Source of the DNA: Thermoplasmata archaeon
GTDB taxonomy: Archaea > Thermoplasmatota > Thermoplasmata > RBG-16-68-12 > JAFNFQ01
Direction of reading: 5' to 3'
Assembly (NCBI GenBank): GCA_041489255.1
Contig: JBGPQV010000001.1
Span: 224,001-288,000 of the forward strand
Length of the DNA: 64,000 bases
Made by a program: the position numbers and the translations under genes. The notes beneath the pieces are model-generated. The model was not told the origin of the DNA. It did no database searches and worked only from the letters and a program-made list of their open reading frames with translations. Below, piece by piece: positions 39,850 through 47,195 of this stretch; within the stretch, counting starts at the first letter, position 1; every line of letters starts with the position of its first letter.

Positions 39850-40131
39850 ATGACCAAGACCAGATTGCGCAAGTCACCGCAGCGGAACCAAACTGAGGAA
39901 ACCGGATGCTGCAAGGTGGAGTCAATAGTCGGCATAGACGATAGAGGACAACTTGTGCTCCCCAAGGAACTGCGCGACAAGGCGAAGGTGAAGGCGGGAG
40001 ACAAGATGGCGGTTGTGAGCTGGGAGAAGGGCGGGGAGGTCTGCTGCATAGTCATGATCAAGGCAGACGGCCTGACGAAGATGGTCGCGGACATGCTGGG
40101 TCCTATCATGAAGGATATAACGGAGAAGTGA
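39850..40131 (+). CDS. AbrB/SpoVT-fold protein of the HgcAB-associated (HgcC-like) type
   Basis: [30 protein letters not shown]...VCC. Confidence 0.82.
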   Translation: MTKTRLRKSPQRNQTEETGCCKVESIVGIDDRGQLVLPKELRDKAKVKAGDKMAVVSWEKGGEVCCIVMIKADGLTKMVADMLGPIMKDITEK

Positions 40132-40135
40132 TCAT

Positions 40136-40972
40136 TTGGCGGCCAAGATGAAGGAAGATGAGATCAAAAGAGTGGTGAGGCAGAGCTACGCGAAAGTCGC
40201 GAGAAACGCCGGACGCTGCTGCGGTCCCTCCGACATGCAGGAGGCGGTGATGGAGACGAGCAAAGCCATAGGCTACACCGCCGAGGAGCTTGCGGCAGCG
40301 CCGGAGGACGCAAACATGGGCCTCGGTTGCGGCAACCCGACCGCCATCGCGACTCTGGCCAAGGGCGAGGTGGTCCTGGACCTCGGATCAGGCGGCGGGT
40401 TCGACTGCTTCCTTGCCGCTGACAAAGTCGGCAGCAAGGGGAAAGTGATTGGCATCGACATGACCCCGGAGATGATTGAGAAGGCCAGGAAGAACGCCGA
40501 GAAAGGAGGCTACAAGAACGTCGAATTCAGACTTGGCGAAATAGAGAACCTCCCCGTCGCCGACAGTTCCGTCGATGTCATCATCTCCAACTGCGTCATC
40601 AATCTCGCACCCAACAAAAAGCGGGTTTTCGAGGAGGCTTTCAGGGTGCTGAGGCCGGGCGGTAGAGTCATCGTCTCCGATCTGGTCCTGTTGAAAGAAC
40701 TCCCCGAGGAGATTAAGAACTCGGTGGCTGCGTACGTGGGTTGCGTGGCCGGGGCGATGATCAAGGACGACTACCTCAAGGTCATCGAGAAGGCAGGATT
40801 CAGGAAGGTGCGTCTCTTGAAGGAGACGAGATTCCCGGTCCATGTGGCTCTGAGCACTCCCGCCGCGAACGAGGCAATCCAGCCGCTGAAACTGAGCAAG
40901 AAGAATGCGGACAAGTTTGTCGACTCCATCGCGAGCATCGACGTCTACACGGTCAAGCCGGGAAGGAAATAG
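40136..40972 (+). CDS. arsM: Arsenite S-adenosylmethyltransferase
   Basis: [35 protein letters not shown]. Confidence 0.93.
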   Translation: MAAKMKEDEIKRVVRQSYAKVARNAGRCCGPSDMQEAVMETSKAIGYTAEELAAAPEDANMGLGCGNPTAIATLAKGEVVLDLGSGGGFDCFLAADKVGSKGKVIGIDMTPEMIEKARKNAEKGGYKNVEFRLGEIENLPVADSSVDVIISNCVINLAPNKKRVFEEAFRVLRPGGRVIVSDLVLLKELPEEIKNSVAAYVGCVAGAMIKDDYLKVIEKAGFRKVRLLKETRFPVHVALSTPAANEAIQPLKLSKKNADKFVDSIASIDVYTVKPGRK

Positions 40973-40974
40973 AG

Positions 40975-41089
40975 TGCGGGGGATGGGAATTCCAGTCCTG
41001 AGGCGGGCCTCGAGGACCTTTGAACCCATGAACTCCTGCGAGACAGGATTTTAAGTCCTGTGCCGTTGGCCAGGCTTGGCTACCCCCGC
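40975..41089 (-). tRNA. tRNA-Leu(TAA) with 30-nt intron at 59/60 (intron 40989-41018)
   Basis: GCGGGGG...CAGGA-CTTAAAA-TCCTG, long variable arm, ATGGG-TTCAAA[intron]T-CCCAT-CCCCCGC-A; strict BHB at the junctions. Confidence 0.93.
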
Positions 41090-41132
41090 CGAAGCGCAAG
41101 AATGGCGGTGGCGTCTTAGACTTTTCCTCGCC

Positions 41133-41840
41133 TCATCGAAGCGAGAGCCAAGGCATCAGGGTGTCGGAAGGCAGCCTGAGGCGGTAGTGCTTCCCGCCGA
41201 CCTGCAGAATTATCGTGTTCTCCCGCCTCGCATCCAGTTCCACCTCTGGGCTCAGCCTATCCCTCGCCAGCCGCCTCATCAGCCTGCTCTTCATCCCCCG
41301 CAGCATTTGACGGGTCTTCCTCTCGAATCTCGGCAGACCCTCGCCGGGGAACAGGCGGTTGTGCCTGCCATCGACAATCACCGCCACGAGACCCCGTGAC
41401 TCCATCTGGAGTGAAAGCTTCCTCACAGCCGCAACGCTGCGTCCGATCTCCGGCGCGAGCTCTGCCGGGGTCAGGCCGGGTTTCTCGACGATCATCTTCA
41501 GGATCTCTCGCCCGGAATCTTCCGCCAGCATCGCCAGAACTGGGATGTCCTCTTCCATCGGCCTCAGGTCCGAGGGATAGTAGACGCTGCTCCCGCCAAC
41601 GTCCCCAGCCGCCAAGTACTCATGTTGGGTCATCTTTCTCAGGTGGAACTGTACGACCGTCGCATTCATGCCGAGACTGCGCGCGATTGGCCTTAACCTC
41701 GAGGCGGGACGATGACAGAGGTGCTCGAAAATCCTCTGGCGGGTAGGGCTCATGAGAATGCTCTCGGACCTGCCCTTAACCTGAAAGGTCTCCGCTCCCT
41801 CGCCGACCATCGCCTTGAGAGCCTCACCGAGCCTAGGCAT
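41133..41840 (-). CDS. Double winged-helix transcriptional regulator
   Basis: RQRIFEHL...IARSLGM...VQFHL and REIL..I...PG.T..EL; overlaps the ATPase stop. Confidence 0.82.
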   Translation of the reverse strand: MPRLGEALKAMVGEGAETFQVKGRSESILMSPTRQRIFEHLCHRPASRLRPIARSLGMNATVVQFHLRKMTQHEYLAAGDVGGSSVYYPSDLRPMEEDIPVLAMLAEDSGREILKMIVEKPGLTPAELAPEIGRSVAAVRKLSLQMESRGLVAVIVDGRHNRLFPGEGLPRFERKTRQMLRGMKSRLMRRLARDRLSPEVELDARRENTIILQVGGKHYRLRLPSDTLMPWLSLR

Positions 41841-42741
41841 GCTCCTTCTCTTCCACCGAGTATTCCTCGAGTATCAAGTCTAGCAACTCGTCCGGATCGA
41901 CATCGACTAGATCCTGCTCGGAAAGCGCGTCGATCGTCTTCATAAAATTGTCCTTTGCCGTTGGCGATAGCTTGGAGAGTCTGTCCTTGTCGAGGGACAG
42001 CGCCTTCTCCTTCACTATCTTCCCAGCTTGCGCCACGCCCCGCCGCCTCGTGAGCTCCTCTACCTTCCTCACGTACACCCCGACCCCTTTCATGATGCTG
42101 TAGGGGTGCCAGTACCTGCTGTGCTTGCTGGACCTGCACTTGATAATCTTGAGCTCCCTCCTCTCAGGCGATTCGAGGCTCGCGTATCTGAGGTGGATCA
42201 AATTGTCCGCGAGGTACATCGGAATGACCAGGTCCGGGGCGGAGAGGTCGCCGACGCTGCCATGCTCCTCCAGAGTGCAGAGGACGGTTCCTATCTTCCT
42301 GGTCTCGCGGAGGAAGTATGAGACAAGCTCTCTCTGCTCGTATTTCTCCTTGACGGACCAGAGCACAGGCGTGAGGGGGTCGATCGCTATGCGCGCGTTG
42401 TGCCCCTCCCACTCGTCGACGAACTCCGCGAGCTCCTTCTGGATGAAATGCGAGAACTGCTTCCCCCCGGCGTCGACGAAGATGAGCGAGCCGTCGGAGA
42501 TGTACGAGTCGATGTCCTCCCAGCCCATGAGCTTGGAGTTCTTGACGATCTCGCTCGGGGCCTCGTCGAGGGTGATGAAAACCGCATCGTCGTTGTCAAG
42601 GAGACCCCGGCGGAGGAACTGGGTCGCGAAGGTGGTTTTGCCGGCGCCAGGCGATCCTATGACGACCGTGGTGGTGTGCTCGTTGATGCCGCCGTCCATG
42701 AGGGCATTGAGACCGTAAACGCCGGTCCGGACCTTCCTCAT
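41833..42741 (-). CDS. KaiC/RAD55-family ATPase
   Basis: TGVYGLNALMDGG, GSPGAGKT, ITLDE, IKCR.S.H. Confidence 0.9.
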   Translation of the reverse strand: MRKVRTGVYGLNALMDGGINEHTTTVVIGSPGAGKTTFATQFLRRGLLDNDDAVFITLDEAPSEIVKNSKLMGWEDIDSYISDGSLIFVDAGGKQFSHFIQKELAEFVDEWEGHNARIAIDPLTPVLWSVKEKYEQRELVSYFLRETRKIGTVLCTLEEHGSVGDLSAPDLVIPMYLADNLIHLRYASLESPERRELKIIKCRSSKHSRYWHPYSIMKGVGVYVRKVEELTRRRGVAQAGKIVKEKALSLDKDRLSKLSPTAKDNFMKTIDALSEQDLVDVDPDELLDLILEEYSVEEKEHA

Positions 42742-42857
42742 CGATGGCTCCTAGGGAGTGGCGGGAATATAATGGTTTTTACCCACAATCTACCTGCTCT
42801 CGTTGCCGACACAAGAGCAATAATAGCCCGGCAATCTTAACCGCCATCGGTGATTCT

Positions 42858-43583
42858 GTGCCCGACGCTGTCGTCACCAAGAGACTGAGGAAGGCCTACG
42901 GGAAGATTAACGCCGTCAAGGACCTCGACCTCACGGTCAGCGAGGGCGAGATATACGGGCTCATAGGCCCCAACGGCTCTGGCAAGACGACGACTGTCAG
43001 AATCCTTTGCGGACTTCTGAGGCCCGACGGCGGTGAGGCACAAGTCCTGGGAAGCCCACCAGGCAGCAGCTTAATCAGACCGCTGATCGGCTACATGCCC
43101 CAGGACCTCGCAATCTACCCTGACCTCAAAGTGAAGCAGAACATTGACTTCTTCGGACGTCTCTATGGCCTCAGCGGGAAAAGGCTGGAGGCGCGCGAGA
43201 AAGGACTTCTGCGCATGGTTGCGCTAGAAGGCAGAGAAGATTCCCTCGTATCGACGCTGAGCGGCGGCATGAAACACCGCCTCTCCCTCGTGTGCGCGAT
43301 GATTCACGGCCCCAAACTCCTTTTTCTTGATGAGCCGACCGTAGGCGTGGACCCAGAGCTGCGATTCTCGTTCTGGCAGTACCTCAGGAAGCTCAAGGAG
43401 GGGAGCGTCACCGCCCTCATCACCACCCACTACATGGACGAGGCGGCGCGATGTGACCGTGTCGGGCTCATCAGGGAAGGACGACTGATCGCTGAGGGCA
43501 CGCCGAAGGAGTTGCGGGAGTCTGCCGGATGCGAGTCCCTCGAGGATGCATTTCTTGTCTTCTCGAGGAGGGATGCGAGATGA
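42858..43583 (+). CDS. ABC-2 transporter ATP-binding protein
   Basis: GPNGSGKTT, LSGGMK, LDEPTVGVD, TTHYMDEA; GTG start after GGTGA. Confidence 0.92.
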   Translation: MPDAVVTKRLRKAYGKINAVKDLDLTVSEGEIYGLIGPNGSGKTTTVRILCGLLRPDGGEAQVLGSPPGSSLIRPLIGYMPQDLAIYPDLKVKQNIDFFGRLYGLSGKRLEAREKGLLRMVALEGREDSLVSTLSGGMKHRLSLVCAMIHGPKLLFLDEPTVGVDPELRFSFWQYLRKLKEGSVTALITTHYMDEAARCDRVGLIREGRLIAEGTPKELRESAGCESLEDAFLVFSRRDAR

Positions 43584-44809
43584 ACCGCGCCATCGTGATT
43601 ACCATCAACATCTTAAGACAGATAAAAAACGATAGACGCACGGTAGGGATGATAGTCGTCACCCCAATCCTCGTGATGGTCCTCTTCGGCTACGCGTTCG
43701 CCGGGGAACCCCATGACCTGCAGTTGGCAATCGCAAATGAGGATGTCGGGAGTGCATCTTTTCCAACGCTTGAGGGACCTGTTGTCACCCTGCCGCTCAA
43801 TCTTGGCCGAAGCATGGCCGATTCCATAGACAGCGACACATTCGCAAAGACCAGCACTGATAGTCTGGAATCCGTCAGGCAAATGATCTCGGACGGACAC
43901 GCCTGGGGTGGGTTATACATTCCAGGCAACTTCACGCAGCACTTCATCACCAAAGGTTTCCAAATCACCAATCAGGCAACGATCATTTTCGGCGGAACCC
44001 TCTATCACCTGAACCTCACCCAAGTTCGGAGCATGCCGACTGATCAAGCACACATGGCGACCCTCGTAGACAACAGCAACACCCAGGTGGGCTCGCTCAT
44101 CCAGCGCAAGATGCAGGATGCGTTCAGCTCGATGATGGCGCAACTCCCCGTCAACCTCTCTTTCTCAGGCGTCATCCAGACGAGCTTCGTCTACGGTGCT
44201 AACGCGAAGTTCGTCGACTTCTTCGCGCCCGGGATTATGTCTTTCGTCATCACCATCATCACGATCATGCTCACAATCGTCTCCATAGTCCGCGAGAGGA
44301 CTAACGGAACCATGGAGAGAATCTTCGCGTCGCCCACACGTCCGTACGAGGTCGTCCTCGGGTATATGATCGCCTTCAGTCTCATAAGTCTCATCCAATC
44401 GTGTCTCCTCCTCGGTTCGGCTATCCTTCTGTTCAACATGACGATTCAGGGCAGCGTCCTGCTCGCCCTCGGATTCGTCGTTCTCTACGCCATAGGCGTG
44501 CAAGGCCTCGGCACCCTCCTCTCGACGGTGGCTCGCAACGAGTTCCAGGCAATCCAACTCGTCCCGCTGGTGTTCGTGCCTTTCATCCTCCTTGGCGGCA
44601 TTTTCTGGCCTGTCGAGGCGATGCCGACGTTCATCAGACCATTATCTTCAGTAATACCTCTCACTTACGCGGCCGAGGGGCTCAGGTCAATCGTGATAAG
44701 GGGGTGGGGACCTGCAGAGATCTGGAAAGACTTGGTCGCACTCAGCATCTTCGCCACGGTGATGATCCTAGCAGGTTTCGCGGTTACGAAAAAGAAAGCG
44801 AGAGGTTAG
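43580..44809 (+). CDS. ABC-2 transporter permease
   Basis: ATGA overlap; SIVRERTNGTMER, LGGIFWP..MP, PLTY...GLR. Confidence 0.92.
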   Translation: MNRAIVITINILRQIKNDRRTVGMIVVTPILVMVLFGYAFAGEPHDLQLAIANEDVGSASFPTLEGPVVTLPLNLGRSMADSIDSDTFAKTSTDSLESVRQMISDGHAWGGLYIPGNFTQHFITKGFQITNQATIIFGGTLYHLNLTQVRSMPTDQAHMATLVDNSNTQVGSLIQRKMQDAFSSMMAQLPVNLSFSGVIQTSFVYGANAKFVDFFAPGIMSFVITIITIMLTIVSIVRERTNGTMERIFASPTRPYEVVLGYMIAFSLISLIQSCLLLGSAILLFNMTIQGSVLLALGFVVLYAIGVQGLGTLLSTVARNEFQAIQLVPLVFVPFILLGGIFWPVEAMPTFIRPLSSVIPLTYAAEGLRSIVIRGWGPAEIWKDLVALSIFATVMILAGFAVTKKKARG

Positions 44810-44861
44810 ACGCCACAGCTCTGCAACTTCAAATAGCCCGGACGCGTGATTCATCACCGCC

Positions 44862-45689
44862 ATGCAACTGACACTACAATCCAGGGTGAAGCTCAACAAC
44901 GGCGTCGAGATGCCGATGCTGGGATTGGGCGTCTGGCAGATGGCGCAGGGTATCGAGACACAACGCGCCGTCAAGTCTGCTCTGGGCGTTGGCTATCGCC
45001 TCATCGACACCGCCAAGCTCTACGCGAACGAGAGAGACGTCGGCATCGCCGTCGGGGAGAGCGAGATTCTCCGCGAAGAGGTGTTCGTGACAACCAAGCT
45101 CTGGAACACGGACCACGGCTTCGAGCCTGCGATCAAGGCTTTCAACAGGAGCCTGCACGAACTCGGGTTTGACTATGTCGATCTCTACCTGATACATTGG
45201 CCTGTGGCGCCTCTGAGGGGAGACAGTTGGCGGGCTTTGGTGAGACTCCTGGAAGAGGGGAAGTGCCGGGCAATCGGGGTCAGCAACTACACCGTCGACC
45301 ATCTCCGGGGACTCTTGAGGGACTCCTCAGTAGTGCCGGCGGTCAACCAGGTCGAGTTCAGCCCATTCCTCTTTCAGGAGGAACTCATGGACTCCTGTCA
45401 AGATCACAACATACAGCTTGAGGCCTACAGCCCGTTGACGAAGGGAGCGAGACTAGGCGACCCGAAGCTGAGACCCTTCGCGGCAAAGTATCACAAGACC
45501 GCCGCCCAGATTCTCATCCGATGGGCGTTGCAGCACAACGTCGTCGTGATACCCAAGTCCAGCAGACCGGAAAGGATCCTGGAGAACGGTCAGGTGTTCG
45601 ACTTCGAGATCTCATCCGCCGACATGAAGATGCTCGATTCTCTCGGAGAGGATTATCGCACCGCCTGGGACCCCACGAACACCCGATAG
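44862..45689 (+). CDS. Aldo/keto reductase
   Basis: GLGVW, IDTAKLY, TKLWN, DLYLIHWP, IGVSN, YSPL, IPKS. Confidence 0.95.
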   Translation: MQLTLQSRVKLNNGVEMPMLGLGVWQMAQGIETQRAVKSALGVGYRLIDTAKLYANERDVGIAVGESEILREEVFVTTKLWNTDHGFEPAIKAFNRSLHELGFDYVDLYLIHWPVAPLRGDSWRALVRLLEEGKCRAIGVSNYTVDHLRGLLRDSSVVPAVNQVEFSPFLFQEELMDSCQDHNIQLEAYSPLTKGARLGDPKLRPFAAKYHKTAAQILIRWALQHNVVVIPKSSRPERILENGQVFDFEISSADMKMLDSLGEDYRTAWDPTNTR

Positions 45690-45734
45690 CGGGCCCGCGT
45701 GCATCGGCCCGCGTGTCGCTCGCGCCAACTGACC

Positions 45735-45911
45735 TCAGGTTCGTCTGTCCCCGCCCTGGCCCTTCTGCGCCTTGTACCGCGCCGAGTCGAGGTCGAGGTC
45801 CAGGTCCTCTTCCTTCGCCTTGCCCGGGCTGAATACCTTGCCCGCCTCGAACTCCAGCTTCTTGTCCTGCTTCTTCTTCTTGCGCGGCGCCTGCTCAACC
45901 TGCTGTTCCAT
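45735..45911 (-). CDS. Putative Pup/UBact-like protein modifier (58 aa, not in ORF track)
   Basis: MEQQVEQAPRKKKKQDKKLEFEAGKVFSPGKAKEEDLDLDLDSARYKAQKGQGGDRRT*; GGAGG RBS; start overlaps the PafA/Dop gene end by 17 nt; charged, likely disordered. Confidence 0.75.
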   Translation of the reverse strand: MEQQVEQAPRKKKKQDKKLEFEAGKVFSPGKAKEEDLDLDLDSARYKAQKGQGGDRRT

Positions 45912-47193
45912 GTATATCCTCCCATCTGTGAGCGTAGGGGTCGGGTAGGTCTATGCGGCGGCGGTCGCCGTCGCCGACCATCACAGTGGACCAATCGATG
46001 GACTCGATATTGAACCTGTCGCAGATTTCCCGCCTCAGCGCGGCCCTGGTGTCGCTTGGCGGCTCCTTGATCGCCTTGGCGATGTCGCCGTCCTTCAGCA
46101 GTCTATCCACGAGCCCTTTCGACTGCCTCTTGTAGAAGATGCCTCTCTCAGCTCCGACCTCCGAGTACTGCTTGCAGGCCATCATCTCGACATCGGGTCC
46201 GCTCTTGCTCTCCTTGGCCTCCTGGATGGCGAAGTACCTGTCCAGCCATTCGACCCGCCTGGCGAGTTCTTTCGATTTCCTGCCCTCGATGCCATCGAGG
46301 ACTTCCTCGAGGATTTTCAACGCGCGCTTCTCTCGATCATCCTCCACGATGTTCTCTATCTTCGCCAGGTAATATCTCTGGATCTCCACAGGCGAGACCT
46401 TCTTGCCGCTATTGAGGTGAACCTTCCAGGCTTCCGGGTTCGTCTTCTCGACGTTCTCCCACATGTCCTCGACCGGCGACTTGAGGCGGGGAGCGTCGCC
46501 GAGTTCGTCCATCTCCATGAGCTGCAGTATGGCGGTGGTGGTGAAGTGCCGCAGCAGGATCGCCACCTCGTTCATCAGCGCATCGCCGCAGATGACGTGC
46601 AGCCTGCGCCAGCTCGAGCGGTCCGAGTGTGGCTCGTCGCGCGTGTTGATGAGCCCGGTGTTGTGCATGGTCTCGCCGCTGACGACTGCGCTCGTCAAAT
46701 ATATCATCGGCGATAGGACATACTTCCCGTCGAGGATGTCTCCCGCCCCCGTGTAGATGAACCTGGTGCTGAAGTGCGGCACTAGCTCCTTCACGAACTT
46801 CTCAGGGAAGTCCACGGACCTGTCGACGATGTAGTTCTCATGGCTCCCGTAGCTGACTCCCTCGGGTGACGTGTTGTTCTTGAACGCCCAGATCCTCTCC
46901 CCGCTTGAGAGGTACTTCTCCTCCGTCACCCGCCTCAGCCAATCGATCACCTTCTCGCCCGCCTTCTCCCACAGGAGCATGTCGAATGGGTTGCTCACCT
47001 CGCAGGTGCTCAGCTCGAAGTGACCGACGTCGTAGTAGCAGCGAGAGCCGTTGGTGATGAACTCCCCCGCCAGCTGAAGGTCGCTCTCGCTCAACAGCTC
47101 GAGCGCGAGGGTATGAGGGTCGAACCCCTTGGAGGCAAGCTTCTTCGAGTACATCGTGTACTCGAGTTCTGTCCCCTGGATCCTCTTTCTCAT
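45895..47193 (-). CDS. PafA/Dop family (Pup ligase/deamidase) enzyme
   Basis: GTELEY, NGSRCYYDVGH.E, KNN....SYGSHENY, INTRDEPH, RRLHVICGD, PPSDTRA. Confidence 0.95.
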   Translation of the reverse strand: MRKRIQGTELEYTMYSKKLASKGFDPHTLALELLSESDLQLAGEFITNGSRCYYDVGHFELSTCEVSNPFDMLLWEKAGEKVIDWLRRVTEEKYLSSGERIWAFKNNTSPEGVSYGSHENYIVDRSVDFPEKFVKELVPHFSTRFIYTGAGDILDGKYVLSPMIYLTSAVVSGETMHNTGLINTRDEPHSDRSSWRRLHVICGDALMNEVAILLRHFTTTAILQLMEMDELGDAPRLKSPVEDMWENVEKTNPEAWKVHLNSGKKVSPVEIQRYYLAKIENIVEDDREKRALKILEEVLDGIEGRKSKELARRVEWLDRYFAIQEAKESKSGPDVEMMACKQYSEVGAERGIFYKRQSKGLVDRLLKDGDIAKAIKEPPSDTRAALRREICDRFNIESIDWSTVMVGDGDRRRIDLPDPYAHRWEDIHGTAG

Positions 47194-47195
47194 CC

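Noticed and set aside
45653-46013. ORF-track calls 45653-45994(-) and 45699-46013(+)
   Set aside because: Arg/Leu-rich alternative frames overlapping real genes; the 45735-45911 frame has the RBS and plausible composition
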